In this document: positions 1 to 13,849 of the stretch, piece by piece | Layout of the letters: every line of letters starts with the position of its first letter | Position numbering within the stretch: the first letter of the stretch is position 1 | Assembly: GCA_044892525.1 (NCBI GenBank) | Contig: CM097885.1 | Span: 6,264,001 to 6,328,000 of the forward strand | DNA from: Schmidtea polychroa | Taxonomy: Eukaryota | Reading direction: 5' to 3' | Length of the DNA: 64,000 nt | The notes under the pieces: model-generated | What the model was told of the DNA's origin: nothing | Seen by the model: the letters and a program-made list of their open reading frames with translations, nothing else | Databases searched by the model: none | Program-made: the position numbers and the translations under genes

Positions 1-239
1 AAAGGACAGTGACGAAAATTCGTGAATATCAAAAAACGTCAATATATTTACTGATTCATTGTCAACTTTCTTATATATACAATGTCAATTGAAAAGAAAT
101 CAGAGGTGAAAATCGAAAGAAGTTCTTATAATTAGATGTTTGTTGAAACTATCTAAATTCAAGGCCATCTTACGTTAAAGAACAGAAAGTCAAATTGAAT
201 TTACATAGCATAAAATTTAAAAAATTAAACTAGTAAATT

Positions 240-582
240 TATTATTTTTAAAAAAATTTAAACATTCAAAATTTAATTTAATAATTTAAAAAATTTTATT
301 AATTATTTAATTTAACACAACAATCAATACATACAATATACAAGAAAAAAATTATTTAAAACATTTAAAACACAAGTATTCACTGCATTCTGCATATTAA
401 TTTTTGGATTCAATGACTTTATCAACAACGCCTCACAAATCACACGTTCCCAATAATTATCGAAATTTTTTAATAAAATTTTAAAATCAGACATACCCAT
501 TTTAATCTTACAGCCCTTATTGTGCTCACTAATATGGGTCAAAGCCTTCGGTCTACAATGTTCTCGAGCTCGAATACAAATT
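240..582 (-). mobile_element. Penelope-like element 3' fragment (C-terminal part of GIY-YIG endonuclease), family A
   Basis: ORF 324..542 (HISEHNKGCKIK...WERVICEALLIKSLNPKINMQ) has the GIY-YIG C-terminal R.I.EAL.I....P..N motif. Near-identical to copies at ~17000-17360 and ~45400-45730. Confidence 0.8.
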
Positions 583-3070
583 TAAGAGCATGGGAAATTT
601 AGTTTTGTTGACAATGACAAACTCCAAAAAATATATAAAATTTATTGATACTAAATTTCATACAACAAACTATTGCATTTGATCTGACAAGTAATTTTAT
701 GCATATTAAAAGTATTTTTTGTCTTGGGAAATAATTTTCAATTTTGGCGTTTAGGATCCTTCTTGATTTGTTTCTCGTCTACCAGATTAAACTTGCGTCT
801 TAAATCATTATTAGCATCAATTTTAATTTAATATTTAAATTTCAAAACCTATGATTATTTACCGGAAATTGCTTTTCAACAATGTGAGGACAAAAGCGGC
901 GAACATTTGACTGATGTTATTTTTAAAAGAAAATGAAATAAAATGACATCATATGTACAGTTAATTAATAAAAATATTTTTTATTTATTTATTTTAATTT
1001 GGTTTAATTTAAATTTCAAATGTGTCAGATCATTTTGTCCCACCCTGTATATATAAATTTTGTGTTTTATATATGTAAAAATGTTATATTAACCCATTAA
1101 CTTTTACTGTACTCACATGATACACTTGTTAAAGGCATGATTTCATGACTATGGGATTTCCTCCATATTTGTTATTATAAATGTTATAATTTACCCAATA
1201 TGTCATAATAAATAACGATTAAAAGTAATTTATACGTGTAGTTTTCTTTTGGGCGTTAATTGGTTAATAAATTTCCAGTTACAACAGAGCTTCCGTTAGA
1301 AAAATGCACTGGGGGTAATTGGGTTGATTGTATGTACTTTTTTGTGTCTGTGTGCTTGCGTGTATGTATATATATATGTGTGTGTGTTAGACATTTACAT
1401 CTACTACTTACAATATATAAAAAGCGAATTGGAAAGTATTAACAATTTCTATAAACAAAACGAATGGAAAAATGAAAATTGTTAATTTTTAACGGGAAAA
1501 AAATGTTGAATTTACAAATTATTCCAGTTCTTTCCAAATACGAATTTTTTTCAGGTTTATTACTATAACGAAAATAATATACAATAAGGAGGGGGTATAT
1601 CAAATAATAATAACATAAAAGTTTTTGTATTCATCTTTTATTAGGTTCTGATCTAAACAATTTTCCATAATAAAGATAATCTGGGAGTCAATTAGCACTT
1701 TTAATTAATTTTATTTATTACAAATTTTATTTATTTTCATTATCAAATCATTCCATTCACCTTTTACAATGAGAATTTTATTTTGAATTTTTTTTCTTTT
1801 TTAAAAATTTTTATAAGCTCCAATAAATTCTTATAAATTTTTAAAATTTCTTTTTAATTTTGTTATTTATTATTAATTTTTAATTTATTTTATTTTTATC
1901 TCTATTTAAATTTTTAGTTTTTTTTAAAGGTTTTATATTTATTTAATATAATAATAATATTATTATTATTAATGCTATTTAGCATACTATTTTATAATAT
2001 TTTTTACGTGAGGAAAATTGATAATTTTCTAGCAAGTACAGAAAAAGAAATGGACTGTTATTTTTTTTTCAATTTCCCTCATATTTTTCAGAGAAAAAGG
2101 GATGTTTAATAAATTTAACTGGGCTTTGAATCACTTTCCTGATTAAAACAACTCGGTGATTACTAGTCCAATTAATTTTCCTAGAAACAAAGAACAACAA
2201 AAACATTCTGTGAATAATTTTAAAAACAATTTTAAAATACTCATTAAAACAAAAGAAAATAATTTTAATTTAATTTCATGTAAAAACTTCTGTTAATTCT
2301 GTTTTTAATTTTCCTAAGATGCTTCCGAATTTGACAAACATTTATTGATTTAATGCAGTTTTATAGAATTCACTTTTTAATCGATATAATCTTTGATTTT
2401 TTTTTCACTATCGATTTCTACAAATTCTACAAATGAATCTTTTACTTTTATATTAATATTTTTTTATTAATTGAGTTAATAATCTAACCATGTCACTATG
2501 ACCTTGATGTATGACGTATTACGATGTGATGTTGTGTGTATGTATATAGATGTGTGTGTAATGACAGGAGATATGTGTGCATGCGTATGAATGATATGTA
2601 TCAATAACAGGATTTAAACCCATAATAGATTATGAGATATGAGATTCTAAAATGTTCTTCGATTGTTTTTTGAGTTTAAATATTATTAAATATTGTTATT
2701 TAATGTTCTTTAAAATGTTATTTATGTTATTTAAAATTCTTACAATTCTTATCAAATAATATTATAATTATTTTTATTCTAAATATTAACTCACATGAAC
2801 ATTTAAAATTAAAATATTTATTAAAACTGATTAACAATTTCATAATGAATCTTAAAAAAATTTCTCAAGAGTTGAAATTGTACGAAACTCCATTTTAATT
2901 AAGACATTTCTCTCAATAACTAAGAAAATATATTTTTTATTTTAAAAATTTATAAAGAATTTTGAAACAGTTTTTTTGTTTATTTTGTGTGTTAAAGATA
3001 TGAAATGATGATAATGGAATTTGTCTGGGTTGAGTTACAGCAAGGGAATTCATTATATTAATTGACGTTG

Positions 3071-3179
<109 letters not shown>

Positions 3180-3220
3180 TTATTTCTTCCAATTTCACCA
3201 CTGATTATTTTTTCCATTGA

Positions 3221-3376
3221 ATTTATTAAAAAGAGAGTTACAAGACTATAAATCAATAATATATCGATGTTTGTTGATACTCAAGTGAATTTGAAGGCAT
3301 TGCCGAAAATTCGTGAGTATCAACAAACATCGATATATTACTGATTTATAGTCTACAAACTCTCTTTTTAATAAAT
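3221..3376. mobile_element. Palindromic (foldback) MITE-like element of ~156 bp; partial arms at 1-80 and ~20850-20900
   Basis: The arm atttattaaaaagagagtt...atatcgatgtttgttgatactc is mirrored by gagtatcaacaaacatcgatata...aactctctttttaataaat. Related single arms occur at the window start and near 20850. Confidence 0.7.
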
Positions 3377-3397
3377 ATTAATACTAATAATAATAAT

Positions 3398-3469
<72 letters not shown>

Positions 3470-3850
3470 GCAGTTTCCTATATTTTTAATGGCTGATATT
3501 GTGATTATGGTCCTAGAATAATTATTCAAATTATCTACTGAAAAATGAGTCTCCCATTAATTTATGTCTATTTTGTCTCTATAAAAAAATGAAAAATATT
3601 ATTTTAAAATTGTTGCGTTATTATCTATAATTATTTGATAATGCTGAATTTAAGAATGGATTTGTGAAAATTATTTGTTTTTACGTGTTAATAAGTTATA
3701 AATTATATATAGATATGATAAAAATGCTAGTAGTGGACATATTCCACAAACGATGACCCTGTTAATCATGAGTGAACCGTGACCCTTTAAGGCCTATTGT
3801 CATGCATGTCCTTGAATATGCTCATTTTTTTAGGTCAAATATTTGTTTAG

Positions 3851-3888
3851 TGTCTGATGATGACAGCCCTGCTGCGAGTTATATTGCA
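3851..3888 (+). ncRNA. Degenerate minimal hammerhead ribozyme motif (AUAUAU class)
   Basis: tgt CTGATGA t gacagc cct gctgc gagt tatat tgca: intact CUGAUGA box and stem II, damaged GAAA box. Resembles the 45833 motif. Confidence 0.4.
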
Positions 3889-5521
3889 AAAATATATTTT
3901 AAATAATATTGTTCTTTTTTATTTTAGGAAAAATCATTATTGTATTTTAAAAAATTTTTAATTAAATAAATAAAAATTTTTTATTAAAATATTATAAAGA
4001 GAAAGAAGACATACCTTAATTATCAAGGACATTCTAGATCTCTTAACTTATCATAAAGTTAATGTTCAATCTCACAAAGATATTCAGAAGGACAGGCCAT
4101 TGTCAAATTGCTTCTGACCGACAGGTTTAAATATTCGACTAATCATGAAAAAATAAATCAAAAAATATTCCTTATTGAGTGCTTATTATTCATGGGAGGC
4201 AAAATGGTTTCTTTACAAGACTAAATGATTGATGGGAACTCCAAGTAAGAAAATTAAAACAGATCTAAAGATCGGAAATCTTAGTGTTACATTTGGAGCA
4301 AGTAAAAACCAGTTTTCATAGAAATAAAGGAAACAGAAAATTGGGGAAACTGACAATAAGGTCAAGTAGGAATTATGAGGGAACCTTGATCATTTTGATT
4401 GAATTTCTTTAGAGCTCTCACACAATATTGTAAAAATAAATTTAACAAAATGTTGACTTATTTATTTAATTATTTATTCATTTATTTATTAATAATAATA
4501 ATATCGGGTCACCACTAGGTCGACACCAGTTCTTATACATGTCCAGAGGATGAAGGTCATTCACAGAAAACTCCAATGCTGATTTGCGAACTCTAGTTGT
4601 ACTCCACATGATCGTTCTCACGTCATAAAACCCATGATCTGCATCATGTTGGTAATGTGCGGCGAAATATTGTGAAACTGGTGATCCTCTGCCTTAGGAA
4701 AACTCTTTCACTATACTTTCGGCTTATCCCTTTCTGACGGTCGATAGAAGGTTTTAAGTCTAGTCTCATTTTTGTATCTGTATTCTAAATTGTTGCTGGT
4801 AGAGAATTATTCTCCGTATGGACTCTGCCATATTATTCTCACACGAATTTGTCAATTGGCTTAATGCAAACGATTATGATAGAGTGGTCGGGACCTGATG
4901 TGCGAGTGTTGTTGTTCACGCCTATTAGAGTTTGTTGTACGGTGACATGGTGAGTGCGTAATCAGGTATCTCGTGTTTTTCTGATAGTGTTATCTATTCT
5001 GAGGTGGATTTATGTTCTCTACAAATCAACTACGTTTTGAGTAGTAGAAATTCTCATGTTATTCTTATACACCAAACATCACTGAGATATATTCTCTATA
5101 GTGGTGGTTGGCGTGTAGAGCAATTGTTCACAATTGTTCATATTTTGGAAATTTATTTAGCCAAAAAAATGTATTTTTCTAAAACATTTTGGGAAAAAAC
5201 GACGAATATGAATAAAATGATTTTTTTAATTTTTGTAACTTTTTTTTCTGAGCTCGATATGAGGGGATTCTTTCAGGAAATCAAATCTGGATTGAAAAGA
5301 CATTGAACCAAATTCATCTGCTCTTGATATTTTCATTAAAAATATAATTTTAAAAATTTTCAACTATCTTTTTTTCTAAAAATTGTCTAAAATAAAGTTA
5401 TTATAGAAACGTATCTCAGCGTTACATTTCTACGAATCAAATGTTTCTATGTGTTTTTTAGTATGTGTTGCACTTGTGTGCAGTTTTTAATTTTTCTTCC
5501 ACTTTTCAGATTTCTATAGTA

Positions 5522-6304
5522 CACCCGTTTGCAGTGAACAAACGCATCTATAATATAAAAATAAAATCAATACGTGTATATTATATAAACATACAAACTT
5601 ACCTGTGTGTTGATTTTTAGCGTTGCAATGAACAAACGCATTTATAGCGTTTATAGAAAGTGAGAAAGTGGTAGAAAAAATAAACTGACACACACACAAA
5701 CAAAACACTTAGTAAAAAATTGATGCAAATTTTCGATATGTATAATAGTTGTAATGAATAAACGCATTGTAATAAATCATTTACAGACATTTTTAGAAAT
5801 TTTTAAAAAAAAATAACCAAAAAAAGTTTGACAAAAATTCCGAAAAATCAACTTTGAGTTGTATAAAAATCAACTTTGAGTTGTATAATAAAGATATTAT
5901 TTCGTAAGATTTATCTTCAATTTTTAATAAAAATCTGACTTACATTATATCGAAATAATTCCAAAAAACTTCATTTCATAACTTCATTTCATAAAACTTA
6001 ATTTCATAAAAATCCTAAAAATTCTGAAATTTAATTATAAATAATTTATAATAAAAATGTTTATAAAAAGTAATATTTAAGAGTTTGAATAATGATCTCA
6101 TATCTATATCATATCAAGTTTTAAAATTTACTTTAAATAAAAGAAATTACTTGAAAACCATTTATAAAATGGCTAAAATAGTTAATCGTAAATTATATAT
6201 TTCATCAGAAATACACTAATTATTTCTGATATAATGTAGTGACGCATCTATACTTGTGCACACCAACCCAGATTATGGATGCGTTTGTTCACTGCAAACG
6301 GGTG
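5522..6304. mobile_element. Tc1/mariner-type non-autonomous element (MITE)
   Basis: Perfect 27-bp TIRs cacccgtttgcagtgaacaaacgcatc / gatgcgtttgttcactgcaaacgggtg with TA on both flanks. Internal partial TIR repeats (aacaaacgcat). Confidence 0.85.
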
Positions 6305-7929
6305 TATAAGATGTATCTCACTGAGCTATACACAAAAGCGTATTTGATTATCATTAATGAGACATTCATTTAGCAATGTCAATTGAGCTTTGTTTTGGTT
6401 ATGAGTTATATTTTAATTTTGGTGTTAAAAGAATGAAAAAAGAAGCAAGATATTTATTTATTTAAATATACATTAAATTTTTCATAGTTCACCTAAAATA
6501 TCCAGTTTCTTCAAGCATTTCGGGAAGAATCTTTAATATTATTGTTTAAATGAATATATGATTTTTGAAATTACTATTATCTGGTTTTTTGAAGTTCCTC
6601 ATTAACTGCTTGGGATATTGCAGTTAATCAGTCATTGAAGGTAAATCTGTCTGCTAAATCCATCAGCCAAAGAAACTTTAGTTCTTACCCCATTTTTAAT
6701 TTTGCTAAACACACTTTTGATGGGGTTCACAAATGGATTATATGGCAACTTTTCAATTTGATTATTCAGTGAAGATATATTATGGTGGATGGATGCATTA
6801 TCGTGGATCAAAGTGAATCCATAGCCATTGTTTCACAGTCAATTCGGTTATAAATGACTGATATGATTCCTTTTAAAAGAGCTAATAATAATTTGTCAAT
6901 GGATTGGCCCATCTTTGGATATTGCCAAAACTAGAGAAATATTTGGAGCTTGAGTTGTCGCATATTGCTATAAATTCGATTGCCTACTCGTGATCTACCG
7001 AATCTCTTGTTCGTCCATGTATTGAAAGTGCATTCATCTATGAATCTTTTGACATGGAATAGTCAATTCTGATGAAACTTCTGACATATCCTCATACCTT
7101 TTTTTATAATTAATTAATTTAAATTGAAAATGTTTAGCTAATCAAATGTCCGTATGCGAAATCAATGTCCTGTTGTGTGTATTTTTTATTATAGAAATCT
7201 TATATTATAAAAAAGCCAAATCAATGTCCATTCGCTGATAATCAATTGCCGGTTGGTGTAAATGAGAACATCAACGTGAAATCAAAGTAAGTATGTATGT
7301 TTCTATAATGTAAGATTATTGATTTTTTTGTTGTATTATAGAAACGGTTCTCAGTAGTGTTTGGTGTAAAATGACAGGTTTTTATCTATCTAGCTATTGG
7401 CTGTTGATTCAGAAGTGGTCAGATCGAAATGAAGACATTATTATTTGCAATGTGACGGTATAGAAGATTTTAAGCGACATTTAGAAATGATTGAAGAATT
7501 CATGGAAATTTTCGTCAATCTCATCTGGAAAGATTTTTTGACAAGTCTTATGTTGCAAATCAAATACTGCGCAGGCAAGTTTCTCTTAGATCTCTTACCC
7601 ATCATCATACTCCTACGAACAAGTCTATTTGAACTTTTCTAGAATTTCTCAGATTATATGTTCAATCTCTTTGCTATGCTTGATATCGGACGCTGTACTA
7701 ATGCGTGCTATGTGACGATGTTTAGAAAAAATCGGATGAACTCTCATGATATTATATTGTTGAATGTGACTTCGAATATGTCGTTGATCAATAATTTCTA
7801 CGTGAAGTGCTGTATTTAGCAGACTATTGTGCTGAGGATGGAGGAATTGAAGCGCTTTGTAAATCTGGTTTTACGGAATACTACCATACATCTAAAATTC
7901 TAAAACATGAATCATCGCCACCCGTCACT

Positions 7930-9500
7930 CTATTGTGACATTTGACACTTTTTGTCGTGACACAGTTCTGAAATGTTTGCCTTAATATTTGATGTTGCCA
8001 CACGAAGTTGATTTGAAAGATTGTCATCAGTCAGCCTGCACCTGTTTTTGCTTTTAGTGAGTTTCATTTTTGAAAAAACTGTTCGAATATATAGGTGCTA
8101 GGAAAAAGTAATACCACTTTAAGCGCATGAAATCGAATTGATGGAAATGTTGCAGGGGAAACATAAAGTTTGTAAAATTGAATCAAAAATGTGTCGTGAT
8201 GTTTTCTTTGAAGGTTACTGTTGCACTGAAGTTCAATCAGTTCCATTTGAACTGAGTCTGGTGCAGCCTTTGCATTAAAATTGAATGGATCTGAAAATAA
8301 TTTGAAATCATGTTCATGAGCTGTGAAATCTGAAAATATTGTGCTGAACTCTGTTCTCAGAATTGAAATTTGTTCAGTATACTTCTTAATTTTCTCCAAA
8401 TCTTCATTAGTTTTTTTGCATCTAGTCAGACTTGGAAGTGCACTGTGTCACCTTTCGAAAACTGAAATTGCCTTAGTTTGAGTTTGGCTTGAAATGCTTT
8501 CACATGATCATAAAGATTGTTTACTAGTTGATTTTTACCTTGTAATGCTATATTAAGGTTATTCATCTATTCATATCATCTATTCGTCTTGTCACTGTCA
8601 TTCGAGACAGACTGATGCTCGAGAAAAGTTGTTTCTTTTCTGGGCAAAGACAATCAACAACTGCATCAATGCATTCTTTAATAAATTCGCCATCAGAAAA
8701 TGGTTTCAGTTTTTAAGCAATGATCTCGCTTATTTCAAAACTCGCCTTGGTTACACATTCCACATGTTTGCTGTCTTGAGAGTGCTGCCGTGAGGTTCTG
8801 AATTTTATCCTTTCTCAGCTGGCCATTAAGCTCGTCAAATATTTCTGCATGCTGAGTCTGGTAATGCCGCTTTACATTAAATTCTTTTCTAACAGCAACA
8901 GTTTGTTGACAGATTAAGCAAACCAACATATTCCTAGATTCAACAAAAAAATATTCTGGAGTCCACCGTTCATTAAATAAACAGCATTCACTGTCTATTT
9001 TCCTCTTTTTTATTGAGTTCATTCTTAGTGGTTGTAAATTTTATTAATTAATACTAAATACTAAATATAACAATAGTACAATGTAATTTAATTTTTAATC
9101 AAGATAGAACAAGATTTTAACAAAAAAGCCAATACTTCATACAAAAATAACCAGAGAAGAAGCATTGATTGGCTGCTTGTATACAGTTACAGAAAACCTA
9201 CATGATATTGTGGCTCATATTAATCACTAATTGTAGGACTGTAGTTAAACATAAGGGGTGATATTTGGCCCACATCAAATACTTACTACAGATACACTGC
9301 TGTAGGACAGTTGGCAAGCAAATACAAACCAGATATGATTTTGATGGCCTGACTAATCACAGCAAGACTTTTTAATGATAATATTCTTGTTTGTCAACGA
9401 AGGGTCTGTTTACTGGCTTTTTATTCTAGCTGCCAAAGGGTCGGATAAAAACAGTTGGCTGGCCGGGTCCGGCCCACCGGCCGTAAGTTGAGCATGCCTG
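7930..9500 (-). mobile_element. Decayed hAT (Charlie/SPIN, GTF2IRD2-like) transposon with internal deletion
   Basis: ORF 8735..9022 (KKRKIDSECCLFNERWTPEYFF..CLICQQTVAVRKEFNVKRHYQTQH) matches the SPIN/GTF2IRD2 N-terminal zinc finger. ORF 8064..8399 (LFSDPF..VQMELIELQC..LFPSTYIFEQFF) matches the hAT C-terminus. The 5' TIR CAGGCATGCTCAAC ends at 9500. Confidence 0.85.
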
Positions 9501-9880
9501 TTATATAGGTTTCTCGCTACTATTTGGACCAATCAGAATAGAGTGGTCGTATTTTATTTATTTTATTTTTAAATATATATTTTATTGTTGGTTTTGTTGT
9601 CTTTTTCATATTTCTTTTTCATTATTTTTAATTTTTTAAATATTCTTATTAAATTGGTAGCCTTATTGCTTTTTAACAGTACTTTGATGCTTTTTCATTT
9701 ATCGATTTCATTTAAATTTTATATTTTATTTTTCCTATGTTTCATTTCATTATTGTACTTCTCTTATTTTTACGTTATTCTTAATATTAAAATATTTTTG
9801 GGTATTCCTTACTGTTTCTCTTTCTATGCTACTTTTTAGGCTTATTTTCTTATTTTGTTCCCTCTTTAATTCTTAGCCCA

Positions 9881-10075
<195 letters not shown>

Positions 10076-10709
10076 TAAAATATTTTAAAAAAGTCTAATA
10101 ATTAGTCGCGTTAAAAACAATAAAAACATTTAAATTTTATTTTTTAAAGTTACAGTGATAGTCGCTATTTTGCGCTAAATAATATTTGCTTAAACAAATA
10201 AATTTATTTAATTAGAATTTTTGGAATAATAATTTATGTGAAAAATAAAAAATCTCAATTGATAAGAAAATAATTAACGTTTATGATTAATGAAGCGAAT
10301 GGCGAATCAATTGAAGAATTTCACGCATGGATGAATAAATTTTCAAATGTCAGCAACGCTTTTGTAATTCACTTTATGAACATGTAATTTATAATTGGTA
10401 TTTATTTATTTATTATTTTAATTATTTTTATTTGATTAATCAATTACTTTGTTTAATTCTTTTTTTTAATTTTTAATTATATATTTTTATTTAAATCCAT
10501 TTTATTTATATTAATTATATATTTTATTTATTTTCCATTTTTAGTATTATTAATAGTATTACTTATTATTTTTATTATTATTTTATGTTTTATATATTTT
10601 TAATATTCATATACATAATGGCTAGTCAGTTTATGTACCAAAATTATTATTTAAAATTGTAACAATAATAATCACAAATTAGTCAATGATTTTAAGAACA
10701 GTTTGATGA

Positions 10710-12250
10710 TTATTCTGAAATTTTTCCACTACTGGTTATAATGACCATAAACCAAATTTTCATTCTTTCATCTTTAAATTTTCTGATTACATAGTCTAAT
10801 GTTTTGTTGTATAAAGGATGAGTTAAATCATAGTTAGATGTATTCAATAGATTATCATTGATCATTGCAGGTAAAAGAGTTTCAAGTTTAGAATTTTTAA
10901 TTTCTAAAAAGAATGAATCTGTGTCACCATGACAATATTGATATTGCAATTGAATTAACTTCGATATGTAACTAATTTCACATATTGAAGATCACAGATC
11001 CGCAGTTTAAATAAATTCAAAACTATTTGAGCGATATAACTTCATCTCTCTAGACATACTGATTCTTTATTCTGTATCGCTGCAACTAAATCATCTTTCT
11101 TTCTTTTCTTTAAATTTTCTTCAGTCTTGTCGTATAGACTAATATTGAGCAGCGTGTGATAATTTTTATCCAAATTATTTGTTGATTCAACTCTGAGTTT
11201 GGTGCTAGTATCGATATACCTTTTGAAAATTTGACTTTGCTTGAATCTAAAATCCCGATGAATACTGACAACTTGCATCCCTAAAGATAGATATATTTTC
11301 TCTAATGCACTGCATAATTCTGCTTTGGATTATGTGTCAGCAATAATTTCTCTACTTTTGATACGAACTTCTTTTCTCACAGATATTGGAAAATCATCTA
11401 ATAAGTCATGAACGTCATCAATGCCGAATTCTACCACATACTGGGGATTTCAAAGAAATTCATAGGTTCCAATTAGTTATGATTCAAAATTGCTGAAAGA
11501 AATCAGCTAATAGAAGAACATAAAGTTTCAAATACACAATCATATAATCCAATAATTTGGTACAATTCGTTTCGTTCATATTTTCTTTGGTTTTTGGTAT
11601 TCATCTTCTGTTACTCCATCCAAAATTTGTGGTAATTCATATGTAGTTTCTAAAAAACTTCCAAATATGTCACGAAATTATATAGGAATAAGCCTTTTGA
11701 ATCAACCTTAGATCCATTGAATACCGTTCTTGTCAAGGGTAAACTGTTCAATGACATGACAGCTCAAGCAAATAAGTCATTTACAAACTCGAATGAGTCA
11801 ATAAACTGTATTCTAAACCCACCCACTTGTACCATAAGTGACAAATGATTTTCACTACTAATTGGGTAAATAATAAATTTCAATTTGGAAATATATTTAA
11901 TCCATATTTGAGGATATAATGCAAGTCATAACCTCGCAAATTATGAAAAGCTACAGGTACTAATTCTATGATTTTTTAGATATATTACATTTTTTACATA
12001 CAGGACCAATATATAACCTTATCTATTGCCATTTTCTTGTATAAATAATTAATTTCACATGTAACAAATGAAAATTCTTTATCTGGTGTAAGTGATAACA
12101 TTGGTTTTTCCTCCTCTTCTCTGTAATTCGGAAGTACAAGTATAACATAATCAAAAGATCATAGAATACTTCTGCGTCATCATAAGTTGATTCATTGGCT
12201 TAAAATCTTCCATCTTCATCATTGGTTCCACAAGTTGCTCCTTCAACAGA
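10710..12250 (-). mobile_element. Polinton/Maverick-type protein-primed DNA polymerase B remnant, heavily deleted
   Basis: GDTDSFF (motif C) and NTSNYDLTHPLY..IRKFKDE in ORF 10710..10949. HRDFRFKQS..LLNISLYDK (motif B remnant) in 11042..11278. VAFHNLRGYDLHY near 11920-11960. Homologous to the 21.5-24.1 kb copy. Confidence 0.8.
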
Positions 12251-12397
12251 TTCTCAACATCCATATTTAAGTCATCAAAATTAATAATAAATAATTCTTC
12301 AAAGATTACCAATTTTCATATTTCTTTCAATACCCGATCTTGCAATTAAATTGAGAGGCTTAAAATTAATAATTAAAAATAAATAATTAGAAATTTA

Positions 12398-12450
12398 TTT
12401 TACCAAGCTTTCGACCATATCTTCGACCATTCAAAACATTTCTTCGGAAT
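12398..12450 (-). ncRNA. Degenerate minimal hammerhead motif (AAGCUU class), probably a Penelope pLTR remnant
   Basis: Minus strand reads cCGAAGA...ggtc GAAAGCTT ggtaaaataaa. Core damaged and stem II disrupted. Confidence 0.3.
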
Positions 12451-13063
12451 GAGTTCCTTTTAAAAGTTGTTGATATTAATGATATTAAAATGAAAGCCAT
12501 TTGCTTATATAATAAGTGATTACACACCAACCAATTAAAATTGAGTAAGGGTTAAGAAATTATTGAAAATCAATTAAATATATGGTGTACCATACACACA
12601 CATACATACACCCCACAACAATTAATCAAAATCGTGCATTGATATTGTACTTATAGTGTACATATGAGTAATAACACTATAAATTTATTTACACATTAAG
12701 TTTTTCATTACTTTATTTTAAACTATATAGTCAACGTTAAATAAAATTATAACAAAATAATAAATTATGTAGGCAAATAACAAAAATATAATAAATTATT
12801 TAATCAAATGGTATCAAATTAATAAATCAAATTGCAACAAATATTTAAGCAAGTTACATCTAAATAATAAATAATTTCACAAAATTCCAACAAAGTTATA
12901 AAATTGTGTAAGTGAGTTGCTACAAATTAATAACATATTTCAGTAAATTTTAACAAAGTTATGGATTATTTATCAAATTGTAACAAAATAATAAAAATAT
13001 TGCAAGTAATAAAATATTTAAACAAATTACCTGAAAATTTACTAATATATAACTAATATAACT

Positions 13064-13152
13064 AATCTTCGCGTCTCCTGCATAGTACTGATAAGAGCCA
13101 AAAGCTCGAAACTAGTCTACTATTGGGATTTGCACTGGGTATCACAAAGCTT
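13064..13152 (+). ncRNA. Short hammerhead-ribozyme element, copy A (type I, minimal stem III, GUC site)
   Basis: atagta CTGATAA gagc caaaa gctc GAAAC ta GTC tactat: stem I atagta/tactat, stem II gagc/gctc, palindromic ACUAGU stem III. G8>A change in the core. Closely similar copies at 20576 and 48863. Confidence 0.8.
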
Positions 13153-13161
13153 ACTCTATAA

Positions 13162-13324
<163 letters not shown>

Positions 13325-13687
13325 AGAATATTTCAATAATTAATGGAAACTGGAAATGAAAACTCAAAAATTAATTGAACAAATATTTATTAATATTAAT
13401 TAAATAAAATTTCGTGGCAATTTTGGTTATTTATCATAAAAATATATTTCTGATGAATTACTAAACTTTTCTGGAGAAAAGTTGATGTTTCTCCTCGTCA
13501 GGATTAAATAACAAATTAAACTATTGGAGGAAATTTCTTTTACCACTCTCTTTTCAATTATTATTCACTTTCCAAACATTCTTAAATTTACTCCCTAACA
13601 ACAGACTACGTATTTCACTAGCTGAATTTTATCCACAGAATTCGGAAATTTTATGTATTTAATGTATATAATATTCAATGCTAATTA

Positions 13688-13799
<112 letters not shown>

Positions 13800-13849
13800 C
13801 TAAATGTCAAAAAATTATGGCCCATTTTTAATAAAAACTTACAGGCCAA

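Noticed and set aside
4510..5100. Possible decayed Penelope GIY-YIG region on the minus strand (..SPVSQYFAAH..)
   Set aside because: Too degenerate; no intact diagnostic motif.
6770..7080. Possible Tc1 transposase scrap (IMVDGCI, MDWP)
   Set aside because: Only two weak motif echoes and no termini.
7140..7900. Exon/intron-like pattern with CP motifs (possible RING-gene remnant) and ORF 7445..7642
   Set aside because: No recognisable domain and no consistent spliced frame.
13125..13152. ttgcact and atcacaaag in the hammerhead-element tail resemble U1 loop II and loop I
   Set aside because: The matches are short, in the wrong order for U1, and lack supporting stems.
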